A DNA stretch of 63,978 nucleotides, filler included, from Intoshia linei (Eukaryota > Animalia > Orthonectida): the NCBI GenBank assembly GCA_001642005.1. It is 6 parts of 6 records of this genome, joined end to end, with 100 filler letters (N's around TTAATTAATTAA, not from the genome) between each part and the next. Parts side by side here need not be neighbours in the genome. Positions count along the whole stretch, not along the records: positions 1 to 16,548 come from LWCA01000855.1; 5 more parts are not named here. The stretch is one strand, 5' to 3'. Numbering within the stretch: the first letter of the stretch is position 1; each line of letters begins with the position of its first letter. Under the pieces are notes generated by a model. That model was given only the letters and a program-made list of their open reading frames with translations. It was not told the DNA's origin and did no database searches. The position numbers and the translations under genes are program-made. Of this stretch, positions 1 through 12,180 are shown in pieces.

Positions 1-838
1 TAATTAGCGATGAATAATTGCAATAAATTATATTTATACACTTTGACATGTCATCTAAGTGACATTTATTAAATTTTATTTTAATTTGTATCCAGAAAAT
101 GGTTTTAGTAGCATTTTTATAGGGTGCTCTAACGTTTTGTCGTGGGGTGTACATATTAAATTGTATATTCTCATTTTTAAAATCTCACATAAGATATTTT
201 GATGTCTAAGGGTTAATTAATTATAATTATTATTACAATATTTTTTTTTATTGTCAAGGTATTTGACATTGTCCGCATCATATCCATTAACATTTACAAA
301 TAATTCAGCATAAGCAGCATCTTTGGCGTGAATTGGGTCATTTTTATCGTAATGCAATCTAAATATATGAATAATTTCGATTGAAATAAGCATAAAAATT
401 AATAATTATAACAAAAAACCTCAATAGCGTCTCTAATACAGAGCTTGCATATAAAAATTTAATGTAATATTTTTCAGCATAAAAAGGCCAAATTTTTCCA
501 GATGTGCACAAGTCATAAATACCGTTACACTTGTAGTAAATCTTGGAGAAACCAAAACCAGGAACTTAAATATAATTATAAACATGTCAGTAGTGATAAT
601 AATGTATTTAATATGAATAAACCTATTATTAGAGGTTCCAACTTGGTAATGGGTTTTGTAATTTCTCTTTTTTTAACAAAATTGAATACATATGAATGAC
701 CAGAATCTAATTATTAATGTAAAAATTATGTATTAAAGCTATAATGAATTAATTACTGAAATAAATGTGCAAATTGGTTACAGTAATCAAAAATGACAAC
801 GTTGAAACTATAAAAATAAACGTTATGTGAAAATTCAT
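1..838 (-). CDS. LCAT / group XV phospholipase A2-like lipase, 5' part (runs off the window; last visible exon may be degenerate)
   Basis: Manual splicing with GT-AG introns of 50, 58, 61 and 31 nt; exons 838-757, 706-623, 564-420, 358-237, 205-<1. Gives a hydrophobic leader, then PLIIVPGFGFS...RLHYD...KYLD...YTPRQNVRAPY (family: PVVLVPG...RLVYN...FLDP...VRGAPYDWR). The exon 4/5 phase does not fit (next to an A9 run) and the GAPYDWR motif is shortened. Confidence 0.6.
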
Positions 839-1659
839 AGGTAAACATTCAGTTTATTTAGTTTATTTACCCACATTAAGATTTTCAAAGTTTTACATTA
901 GTTCAAACTAATTTGATATTGTCGCTGTTTTTTAAAATTTAATATATAATTTAATTGATTAATGACTCTGAATTATTGAAAAACTTCGATAATTATTACA
1001 CTATACTGATTAATAGGAATTAATGTTCAATGATTATAATTATTAATAATTATTATACGATTATTACACTGTACAACATTTTCGGAAAAATTTTAAAAGA
1101 GCAGAACGAAATATAGTGTATGGCTTAGATAACACTGTCAGGATTCTAATAAGGTTTGTGATTCTATCGTAATCTTGAGATATTTCATTTTTAAAGTGTA
1201 TATATAAGGAAATTTATGATATATATAGAATTAAGTTATATTAAAGTTGATGTTAAATTCAATTTTGTGACTTTTTAAAAATATAATTTCAAAAAAATTA
1301 TAAAATTAGAGTTTATGTGAGTATATAACATATTCTGATGAAAAATATAAGATATCTGCAGTAGATAAAAAATTGGCCGCATCTTTACCCTAATTTTGAA
1401 AACAAAATTATTTTTTTTTCAAAATAGCAGAACATTGAAGGATTAAATTCTCAAACTGAAAATTGTATATAAACATGTCCTGAGAAAAACTGTATTGGAG
1501 AATGAGTTTATTTAAATTATATGACATTCAATTTTGTATAAGTAAAGGATAAGAACTTTAAACATCGATAAAAGAAAAAGTAAACGAGATAGAATTGAAT
1601 TTAAAGATATAAAGTGAATAACCAAACATGACTAAAATAATGAAAAAAATCCTAAGAAA

Positions 1660-2295
1660 TCAATTATATAGATTTCTACCAACATTTCTTTATCAGAAAT
1701 GAGTAGAAGTTTAATGCATATTTTTTTTGAAATTGTCGGAGGAATGTTTTTTTTGCATTTTTAATTTTAATCCAACATTTCATAAATATTGTTTGATAAT
1801 ATATTAAAAATTATTTTTGAGCAGGAATGCGTAGATTTGTGGGGTTGAAATTTTGTATTTATACCAACTGGAATAAGCTTTAACAGAATAATCTTCTTTT
1901 TTTTAATTTTCGGACAGTTAATTATTTCACATTTGTTGTTTTAATAAAATATTTCGAAAAAAAAATATATGAAAACTAAAATGCTTTTTTAACCACGCAG
2001 GCGTCACTTATTCAGATTGAAATTTTTTTGTGTGTTAACAGGATACAACTCTACCACCTATATTTTTTTTTTAAATTCTAGGGCTGTTTTCATAAATAAA
2101 AAGAAAGTAATTTGTGGTTTTGGCCCTGAAGATATAATTTTTTGAAATTTAAATTTATAAAAATGTTTATGATTATAAAATCATCATCAGCGTATATATT
2201 TTTTTAAATTCTCCAACTCGTTTGATTTTCAAAAAGAGGGACAATTGGGGTTTTTGACCCGTAAGATGTGAGTTTAGGAGGTTGAAATTTATTTA
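1660..2295 (-). repeat. Dispersed repeat family A (Helitron-like), 5'/internal part
   Basis: Reverse complement aligns by eye with 10150-10740 and 6290-7110 (aaatttcaacctcc...gggtcaaaaa...gttgtatcctgttaacacac...ttccagttg.tataaatacaaaattt). Confidence 0.75.
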
Positions 2296-2599
2296 TTATT
2301 GGTCATTATATTTGTTTGTATTTGTCATTATATTATCATTATATCTGGTCATGTGTATATGCTAGATTGTTCTCTTAATAATATGAATTTAAGTATTTAC
2401 AAGAGTGCTCAAAAAGTTAAATCTTCCAAAATAAAAATATCCTCTAATGTTCAATTTACAAAACGCTTATCTAATGCTCTTGGGCTTTTTTTCAAAGAAA
2501 ATACGAACTCTAAAAAAGATAACCCCAAAAAATGTTTAAACAACTACAAAGATTGCCAATTTAAAAAAAATTATGAAAATCATGACTCTACTGAATTCA

Positions 2600-3290
2600 A
2601 TCTTGATTCCCTCATAACTGTTGAGCAATTATGCGTGCCAGCAATTATACGTCAAATCTATGACAGTATCACTTTAATTGTCATATAAAGACAATAGTGG
2701 AGCTTTGGCTCGAATTATTTTGAGTCTCAAAAACATTTAAATTGCTTCAAAACTTTTTTAATCATAATTAAAAATTCTGTTGATGAATTCCAACTTGTCG
2801 GTATTTTGGAACGCGAATCTTCAAACACAATTGACATGTCCAAATCCGAATTAACAGAACCAAATCCATTTCCAGATGATCCAATCATATACACATGGAT
2901 ATTTACGTCAAAATTGAAAAAATCATTAATGGCCCGTTTAATAAATAATCTTATATAGTTTCGATATGCAATGTTCCTGGGATTCATCGAACAATAATTG
3001 TTATAGTTGAACATTTTGGTAAACAAATTTTGAAAAATATCAGTTATTTGCAATCTTCCATCATTGTTAGTTTCAAGTTTAAAATTTTCATTTTTTTTTA
3101 TTGTGTTGAAGCATTGAATCGTACTCTGTGACAGGCGATAATTTTTATTTATATAACTTGGATGAATTAGCAGCCCTTTGTAGTTAAAAGCTTTTCCAGG
3201 AATATCATTTTCTTTTTTAAGGTCACATATTAAATTTGAATTGGTTAATATTAATCTTTCGTCAGTAGGATAAATAGGGTTCAAAGACAT
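2600..3290 (-). pseudogene. GLD-2/TENT2-like non-canonical poly(A)/poly(U) polymerase, disrupted and truncated
   Basis: ORF 3290-2727 has the nucleotidyltransferase motif GSSGNGFGSVNSDLDM. Homology continues after a frameshift as IIRAKAPLLSLYDN*SDTVIDLTYN (cf. LIRAKVPIVKF...FDLNVNN) with in-frame stops, then ends near 2620. No PAP-associated domain found. Confidence 0.75.
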
Positions 3291-4560
3291 TAAATTAAAA
3301 TTTTTTAAAATATAATTTTGTAAAACTTGTTTTATTATTATGTATATGGCAAACTATATACCAAAACGTTGCTATTTGACCAACTTTTTTTATCATAATT
3401 GTCCCATATATAAATTCTAAATTTAAATAAAAATATGAATAAATATAAGATACTTGTCGTTTTCATGTATTTCTACGCGGATATACATATCACAACTACT
3501 AAAATAATCAACTTCTTTTCCATTTTCATTGTGGTATGAAATATAGTCAAATTGGAACATACCTAGTGAACTTACGCTCTAAACATATAATTATCGATAT
3601 TAATGTATATTATTACTGGATAACATATCAAAATTAGTAAAATTGTTTTAAAGTTCATATTTTAATGTTAATATTTAAAATGATGTTAACTATCTGCATA
3701 TCGTGAAATAATAAAGAATTCAATGTAATTTTTTATATTTTGAAAATGTAGGCGTGATAATATTTATGAATACTTAATTATGCTATAATATAGAAGCTAT
3801 ATTATAAATTTTCGATCCCCATTGTTTAAATGTTTTGTTTATGTTTGTAATAGATCAACATTACTTATTATTATTGGTTGTATGATTAATTATTACAAAG
3901 GATATCAATTACGACACATCTATAATTTTCATTTTTAAAACTGACATTTATTAACATTAATTGGTTTAATCAACATGTATAATTGTTTGTTTAATGAGTT
4001 TTTATCAGTTTACTTAGCACATACTGATTTGATCTAAAATATGCACACATCAATTCAATTAGTTCCTATTTACACATACACAATTAAAAATATTTATGGG
4101 AAAATCTTAGTTTGACAATATAATTATTATTATATATAATATTATTGATTAATTATAAATAGATAAAATTATGATAATTAATGTTATTTATAAAGTCAAT
4201 TATATGATAAACTAATTCTGTGAGATTGTTATAATGAATCATAAAGAAAAATAAAACTGGGATTATCCCAGTGGGATATTTGAATATTTAAGGAAACCTT
4301 TAAAGTTTTAAATATAATAATTCAAAATCACATTGATCACTATTAAATACAGTTAAAAAGTAATTATAAAAGTTAAAAATATTATACCAAACACTAATTA
4401 ATAAAAAAAATTAAACTGAGCATTAAATTCAAAAAATGATGTAAAGATTAAAAATGTTTCAATCCAAAATCAAACAACTAAAATTATTTACACCAAGTCG
4501 CAAATTCGACAATTAAGTTAAAAGTTAAAAATGTGCTAACCAAAAATTAAAATCTGACAG

Positions 4561-4736
4561 ACATGTGTGAACAATACCAAAAACAGCAACGAATTGGAAA
4601 TGTCATATTTATCGTCACTAGAAAGAATTCCTTGATACCGATAATATTATACTTACTGGATTTACTCTTATGTATTTCCTAAAACAAGCTAGATCTTCCG
4701 ATTGCTAGCTATTTGATTTTGAGACCGATTTCTTAA
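4561..4736 (+). pseudogene. Decayed exon resembling the DENND4 C-terminal conserved block
   Basis: Across three frames: MSYLSSL / RK / LDTD / YF..KLDLPIASYLIL, versus DENND4 VPYLSPLVLRKELE...WYFRRLDLPSNLPGLIL. Several small indels; preceded by a cag acceptor. Confidence 0.5.
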
Positions 4737-4983
4737 TTTATTATAGACAATTATATATTTTAACAAACAATCCACTTATAGTTATTACCCTAAGAAATCA
4801 TCATAAATAACATAAATTCCTGAAAAAATTACATTAAATAACATACCAAAAGTACATACTTTTCTTCCTTCTATCATGAATTTGGAATGATGAAATGTTA
4901 AACACATTGAAATAAATCTCAAAATGATAAAAAATAATAAGGAATCAATTTAAGAGATTGAAACCATATTTGTTTATATCAAA

Positions 4984-5484
4984 CTAATTGACTGTTATGT
5001 AATACGTATAAACAGTATCTAGATCTGCAATGGTATATTTTTATTCCCCCCAAAAAATAAATTCACATAATGTCAATAAGAAAATGTAACTTAATTATGA
5101 TACGATTCACTATTATCAATTCTTTAAAGGAGTGTTTCCCAAACTTATTTCACGTGAAACCGTCATATCACATTACTTTTTACTTTCACGTGTATTATTT
5201 CATCTTAATTTTTTGTTTGTTAACATTTGCGTAAAGAATTTTAAAAAATTTTTATCCCATTTTTTTAATTTATTAGACGTTAATGTGTGTATAATCTTAA
5301 AAATAAAGTAAAATCAGTACAATCCTAAAAATTGTCATAAATATCTTAAATTCAAGAAAAAATAAAATTGTAAATAAACCTGTATATTCAGTATCTGCTT
5401 TCGACGAGTAAAAAATATCAATTTTGTATCAAAAATTAACGGAATCAGCACTTTAGAAACATATTTTAGATGAATTTTATTAAT
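4984..5484 (-). mobile_element. Repeat family A, 3' part with terminal hairpin (Helitron-like end)
   Basis: Reverse complement matches 8790-9127 and 12530-12877 and ends ctagatactgtttatacgtattacataacagtcaattag. Confidence 0.6.
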
Positions 5485-5492
5485 ATTGAAAA

Positions 5493-6281
5493 TAGTGATA
5501 GTGCCGGGACAAAATTCCCGGGATATTTAATATTTTTCGGGAATTAAATTTGCCGGGATTTTTACGATTTGTCGGGATTTCCCGAAAAAAATTGATACAT
5601 ACCTGTTTTTGATTTATGTTTGTTATTACTATGAAAATATGATTATATTATAATATTTAAAATTTACCATTTCAAAAATCCCACCACTAATAAAATTTAA
5701 TCAAAAATACCATTGCAAGCCCTCATGGAAAAATTGACTTACACCGATATTCTTTTCAAAAATCCGATTTTACGAAATCTTATGAAAAAAATCCACTTCA
5801 TCAAACCACAAATAAAAAATCTAATTTTCCAACCCTTAATGAAAAAATATCCTTTTTCCAATACTTTTTTTAAAAATCTCTTATTCCAATCACAAATTAC
5901 TAACGCTTAAGGAAATTATCCTCATTTTCCAATATTATTTTGAAAAATATTATGAGTTGTTAAGAACTGGAACACTATCATCAAGATTGTTAAAATTAAA
6001 AGAAGCCATTATGACCGTTCAACCTAGGTCAACACATAAATGAAAAAAATTTCTCTACTGCTTCTAATTTTGTTACAAAACGTAGAAAGCGTTTAAAAGA
6101 CGAATCTATCAATATTATGTGTGTTTTTTAAAACTTTTTAAACAATCTAAAATAAAAAAATTTTTCTCTAATTAAATTTTTTTTTGTTTCTAAAATTAAT
6201 TAAGGTCTCTAAAATTTTTAATGCTTCTATATTATATATAAATAAAAATTTTTTATTTTTCCCGGGAAATCACAATCACTA
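5493..6281 (+). mobile_element. Non-autonomous hAT element with a transposase dimerisation-domain remnant
   Basis: TIRs TAGTGATAGTG / CACAATCACTA; perfect 8-bp TSD ATTGAAAA (5485-5492, 6282-6289); multiple subterminal CGGGA motifs. ~6010-6150 encodes NEKNFSTASNFVTKRRKRLKDESINIMC (hATC-like). Confidence 0.88.
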
Positions 6282-6289
6282 ATTGAAAA

Positions 6290-7110
6290 GTACAATTCTA
6301 TTGTAATAAATATACTTTTTTTTGAATTCAAACCCGGCCTAGAATTATAAAAAATGCACATTCTGATAAAAAGTTTTAAATTCATCAATATTATGATAAT
6401 TTTCAATTAGAAAATTTATATATTTACGGCCAACTACAAATTACACTTTTTTTGTAAATATTTAACAAGTCCTACATTTTTTATTCAATATAAATTCTGG
6501 GATGGTTTATAAATTTATAAGTATTATCATAAATGGAAACCTTAAAAAAGATAATTTTCGCGGTAAAAAACCTATACTATTCTTTTTTTTTAAAATAAAA
6601 ACAGTCCTAGAATTTTTTAAGAAAATTACTGATGATACAGTTATATCCAGTTAACTCACAAAAAAAATTTCAATCTGAAAAAGTAACGCCTTCACAATCA
6701 AAAAAGTACTTTAGTATTTGTTGTTTTTTCTATATCGCAACTAGTTTATTAACAAAAAATTTGAAATAATTAACGGTGGTACAATTAAAAAATATTATCC
6801 TGATACAGCTTATTTCAGTTGATATAAATGCAAAATTTTAACGCCAGAAATCTACACATTCCCGGTAAAAATAATTTTTAATATATTATCAACCAATTTT
6901 TCAAATATTTTATTAAATTGTAAATAAAAATTGAAAATGTAAATATTGATCCTACAATTTAAAAAAAATGTGCATTAAACGTCTACACATTTCCAATAAA
7001 GAAATATGGGTGAAAAAATTATATAATTCAGTCCTTCGGAATTTTTTTCATTGCTACGCAATTTTTAAATTTCAAATTCTTAGTTTCAAAACATTTTGAA
7101 TAATTTATTT
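6290..7110 (+). repeat. Repeat family A internal copy (holds the empty site for the 10740 insertion)
   Basis: Colinear with 10200-10739 plus 11736-11850; has a single gtctacac near 6981. Confidence 0.8.
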
Positions 7111-7115
7111 ATTAA

Positions 7116-7334
7116 CCCTTTAACTGTTTGATGCAATTTTATGTACTATCACCACACGTCTGGAATTTATGTTTTAATTTAAACTTGTATTATTTTTAAA
7201 TAATTACCTATGTGAAAATGTATGAAAATAAAAGAATAAAGTTTTTAAAAATTATGCTGTGTATATCATACAATACACAGACGTGTATAGTGAAATTACT
7301 GTGTATAGTATAGAATACATAGACAGTGAAAAGG
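7116..7334. mobile_element. piggyBac-type MITE
   Basis: TTAA on both sides; TIR CCCTTTAACTGT vs reverse-complemented CCTTTTCACTGT; internal inverted repeat cacacgtctg / cagacgtgt. Confidence 0.8.
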
Positions 7335-7479
7335 TTAACATATTTAAGTGATGATCCGGATTATTCTTTAAACAAACTTCTTCCAGAACTTACATCTCCT
7401 CTACAATTGATAGAGCAAGTGGAAATTTTTGAAAAGATAGATTGACCAGTAATTACCAGTCATTTATAAAAATACTAAT

Positions 7480-7965
7480 AAAAGTTGGATGAAAACACAT
7501 CTGTTCTTAAAATGGTTAAAAAACGTAAATAATAAAATGAAGAATGAATATAGAAATATACTTTTAATATTAGATAATGCTCCGGTTCACCCTAAAAATA
7601 TAGACTTGAATAATATTTTTTATATTTAAGAATTTTTTAATAATTTGAATAAACATGAAAATTTTTCTGTTACTTCAAATATATGCGAACCTTTTACAAA
7701 TTGCGATGTATACAATGCTGCTAAAACACTCAAAATGTATTTTTGTGCCAATATTTCCCGTGAACTTCCAAAATTGTGGGAACTTATTGATCTTATAAAA
7801 AAATTGAAAATAGCACCAAATTACAAACTATTCCATTGCAAAAATAAATATTTATATATTTGTGTTAATATTCACTTCATTCTTCATTAATATTGATATT
7901 ATACAACCCACTCTATTATAATTATTTTATATATCCGGTCCCTTGACATTCATATTGTACAGAAA
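7480..7965 (+). mobile_element. pogo/Tigger transposase relic
   Basis: LILDNAPVHP DDE_1-type motif near 7563-7592; otherwise heavily degraded. Confidence 0.55.
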
Positions 7966-7971
7966 CGACTA

Positions 7972-8590
7972 CACTGCTGGAAAAAAGTTTGGGACATTTA
8001 CAGAAAGTATTCTAAAACCTTAAAATAATCGAAATAATATTATAATCACAACTAATGTATTGCTCGATTTAATAACATAAAAAATTTTTTAATTAAAACC
8101 TATGCTTAATTAATCAAATTTAACAATAAAATCTCCAACAATTCTATTGGAAAAAAGTCGAGGACAATTGAGTTAAAATAACTTAATATTAATGATAATG
8201 AAATAATTATATGTTTTAATAATGGGTACAACATCCGTTTTTTTAAATAACTTAAAAAATTCGATTTGGCATCGAATTAATGAGGTTATTAATTACATCT
8301 TATTTAATATTGCCCCATGCTGCTATAATGGATAATTTGAGATCTTTTAATAATGAATATTGTTTATTGTGTGAGTATATATCCCTTGAAAGAATTCCCC
8401 ATAAATTTTCGATTGGATTGAGGTCAGGGCTACAAGCAGGGCATTTTAATAAATGTATTCCTTTGTTTGATAACCACTCTTTTGTATATTAAGATACGTG
8501 TATTGATGAATTGTCTTGTTGGAACATATCAAAATAATTGTGTATATTATCATTCAATATTTTTAAAATGTTGGATTATAAATGAAAATA
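7972..8590 (-). mobile_element. Tc1 (DD34E) transposon, 3' half with an IR/DR-type end
   Basis: Minus strand reads FQQDNSSIHVS*...CPACSPDLNPIENLWG (34 residues between D and E). TA then TIR CACTGCTGGAAAAAAGTTTGGGACA at 7972; inner repeat at ~8144. Confidence 0.85.
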
Positions 8591-9127
8591 ATCATCGTAC
8601 AATATCAAATAAAATGTGCATTGAACTTCTACACGTTTCCAATAAAGAAATATGGGTGGAAATCCATATAATTGTTTCCTTCAATTTTTTTTGATAAAAA
8701 CACAAATTTTCATTCTCAAATACTCATTTTCAAAAAATTTCCAATCACTTCTACAAAATTTTAGTAAAAAACTACAATAACGAAGTACTTTATTGATACA
8801 AAATTGATATTTTTTACTCAACTTAAGCAGATACTGATTAATTAAGGTTAATAATTTGAAATTCTTGACACAAATGTTAAAAAAATAAAATTAAGATGGA
8901 ATAATTATTTTTAAATTAAAAGATAATGTGATATAACGGGTCCCCGTGAAAAAAAGTTTTGGAACCACTCCTTTAAAGGATTGATTATAATGAATAGTAG
9001 CATTTAATAGAATATGATTAAGCCAGATTTTTTTATTTACAGACTACTTAGTTTTTTGGTAGAATAAAAAAGTTCCTCTCGGCAGGGCTAGATGATGTTT
9101 GTACGTAGTACAAAGCACCCAACCTAG
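8590..9127 (+). mobile_element. Repeat family A 3' half, Helitron-like terminus
   Basis: Hairpin tttgtac-gta-gtacaaa (9098-9114), then CTAG (9124-9127) followed by T. This copy links the internal and terminal parts of family A. Confidence 0.65.
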
Positions 9128-9249
9128 TTATTTATAAAAAATTTTTTACGGTTCAATGTTGTTTTCCATTATAAATTATTAAAACTAATAAACTAGATCA
9201 GTAGCAACCAAATTTGTTGACCAAATCTAGACATTCATTGAATTTTATT

Positions 9250-9940
9250 GGTAACAATAAATACTACAAAAAGTATTACAAAAATATAAAACTTTACATT
9301 TTGCAAACAAACTATAGTAATAACTCATTACAAATAAGTAAAAATTGCTAAATTTTATCATTTGAATCGATTTAATGTCCGATACTTACAAAACACCGGA
9401 TAGAAAATTTATTCCTGGCGATAAATATGTTCAAGCGATATGCAAACAAAAGACTGGTTGGGATTGTGGTTTGTCATGCGTACGGACATTTTTAAAGTAA
9501 TATAATATACATTAAATCAATATATACTTATTGATAATTTACTTTTCTCGAAAAAGCTAGAGTGACGTATATAAATTTTAGTTTTACACGAACATCTCCA
9601 TCTGTGACCGGCATTACATTTCTTCTTCACAAGATACATCTGACGATCACAGACGGGAAAAGTTTTAGAACTGCTTAATAATCCTACATTTCTGCAAAAC
9701 ATTATTGTTGTGGCATATATATATAATATACATTGTATATCTATTATACAAATACTATTTCTTGTAATTTCATATTTTTAAAAAATAGTTGGCTTATTCT
9801 ACAACAGGCCCGTAATATGATTTCATCAATTTTGAAAATGAATAATGAATTTTCTATATTCTAGAGATTCCATTAAATTGCTCTAATATTCTAGTTTTGT
9901 CAAAAATTATTTTAAAATTTGGTGAAGTAGTTTTTATTGT
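9250..9940 (-). mobile_element. Merlin (IS1016/ISXO2-like) transposon relic
   Basis: ORF 9702-9517 GLL...PVC..M.L...GHRWRCSC...IRHSSFFEKSKL matches the N-terminal Zn-binding region of Merlin transposases. Boundaries approximate. Confidence 0.6.
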
Positions 9941-10739
9941 AAATTTAAATAAAAATCACATTCAATGATAAGTTATCGATATGAACACGCAATATCATCC
10001 TTAGACTAAGGCTTAGTAAGGATTCCTTATTTATATAATATTTGATGCAATATTTGTTTGCCTGTGTGTTACCGTTTATTTCAATAACTACTAGTGTTAG
10101 AATTTTATAAAGTTCACATTTTTATAACAGTTTTTTCCGGGGGTGTTAGCAAAATAAATTTCAACCTCCCAAACTGACACCTTAAGGGTCAAAAAGCCTA
10201 ATTGTCCATTTTTTTGACAATCAAACGAGTTTGAATATTAAAAAAATATATACTCTGATACAGATTTTAAAAACATAAATATTATCATAAATTTAAATTT
10301 AAAAAAATATATCTTCAGGGCCAAAACCCCAAATTACCCTTTTTTTAATGAAAACAGTCCTACAAATTAAAAAATTTTACAGATGATACAGTTGTATCCT
10401 GTTAACACACACAAAAATTTTCAATCTGAATAAATGACGCCTTCACGGTCAAAAAAAGCATTGTAGTATATATTTTTTTTCGAAATATTTTATTAAAACA
10501 AAAAATGTAAAATAATTAACGGTCCGAAAATTAAAAAAAAAGAAGATTTTTCTGATAGAGCTGATTCCAGTTGATATAAATACAAAATTTCTACCCCAAA
10601 AATTTATGAATTCTCAGTGAAAAATAATTTTTAATATATTATCAACCAATATTTTTTTAATATTACGATTAAAATAAAAATTGAAAATGTAAATATTGAT
10701 CTTACAATTTCAAAAAAAATTTGCATTGAACGTCTACAC

Positions 10740-11735
10740 CATGGGTTCTTAACCTTTTTCCATTTGGCACCCCAAAAATTTAATAAACTTAATTTCGATA
10801 TTTTTTTAATATTAAAACCATAGTAACAAAAAATTATATACTTCGATTTATCTAGTTCCATCTTCTATTCACGTCTGTGCTTTAGAAGTTGTATTTAATG
10901 TTTTACAAAATAAAAACTACTCTGTGATATTTTCATCTTCAATAAATCTAACAAGACCAATTAATTGACAGCAATTGGCAACATCATTGTAGATTCGTCC
11001 AATTGTATGGCAATTTTTTGAATAGAGTCAATCACCTAATACAATATCTTCACTCATATCAATTATTCTATTTCGTATAACATCATTAGATAATGACACT
11101 GAAGCTACTTTACTTTCTGCATCTTTACCCAAAATAATGCGAACAAGATCTAATGTACAGAGTTTTATCAGATCTTCGCCAATTGTGTGAGGTTTCATTT
11201 TTCGAGTTATTTGGTATGCAATTTTAAAAGAAGCTTGTATTAGTGGTTTTTCGGACATAACAAAATCTAAATTAGTTAGAGTTCCTTTTTGATCAAATCT
11301 ACGTCGTTTAATTTTTAGACTTTCTAAATCATTTCCTGTTTCTGTGCCACCATGCAATCTATCAAAATGTTGTTTAAGTTTTGATGGCTTTAAATTTGAA
11401 TTAGAAAAAACACTGTGGTTTGTCAGATTTATCAGAGTTCGTTATTTTAGTGAATCCATGACGCATATAATCATCATTCCATTTTCTTTTTTTTGACATG
11501 AAAATTAAAATAATAAAAGTAAAATAAATTTAAATATGACTAAGTGATAAAGTATTCAAATTCAAAAATATATTAGTATTTACCTATTATATTATATTAT
11601 ATGGATACAAATGAAATTAACTTTTTTTTTGAATATTCACGCAATTTCAAAAAATATAGCTGCAAAATGATTTTCTTTCAAAAATATTTCTGGCACCCCA
11701 AAAACTGGTTTGGCATTCCCGGTTAAGAACCCATG
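10740..11735 (-). mobile_element. hAT Buster/Charlie-type element, internally deleted
   Basis: Perfect 15-bp TIRs CATGGGTTCTTAACC; perfect 8-bp TSD GTCTACAC with central TA. Transposase from ATG 11499: MSKKRKWNDDY..GF...LKPSKLKQH...KPHTIGEDLIK...SLSNDVIRNRIIDMSED...IQLDEST. Confidence 0.95.
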
Positions 11736-12038
11736 GTCTACACATTTCCAATAAAGAAATATGGGAAAAATGTATATAATTCATTCCTTCGGAATTTTTT
11801 TTATTGCTACGCAATTTAAAAATATCAAATTCTCATTTCCAAAACATTTTGTTTAAAATTTAAATTAAAATTACAACAGCGATTACTAAAAGTAATACAA
11901 CTCTCTTATTATTATTTTTATATTTATTACAATCTTATGCAATATTGCTAAAATTCACCTGAAATGTGTTTATAAAGTGCTGATTTTGTTAATTATTGAT
12001 ACATAATTGGTATTTTTAACCATTACGAGACAATTGCA

Positions 12039-12180
12039 TGTATAGATGCCAAAAACTACACTAATAAATTTATATTGGTTTGTATAGATGCCAAAAACTA
12101 CACACATAAGTTTACATTGGTTTGTATTGATGCCAAAAACTACACTGATAAATTTAAATTGGTTTGTATAAAAACCAAAA
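12039..12180. repeat. 42-bp minisatellite, ~3.4 copies
   Basis: Units start at 12039, 12081, 12123 and 12165 (tgtatagatgccaaaaactaca...attggtt). Confidence 0.9.

Noticed and set aside
2620-2690. In-frame TAA codons in several gene relics, suggesting a TAA=Gln code
   Set aside because: SRF, SLC3A2 and the b561 gene end in TAA, and 3.3 kb of DENND4 has no internal stop. The relics also carry frameshifts, so this is ordinary decay.
12039-12180. Repeat-spacer look reminiscent of CRISPR
   Set aside because: The inter-repeat parts are similar to each other (42-bp tandem unit), the context is eukaryotic, and there are no cas genes.
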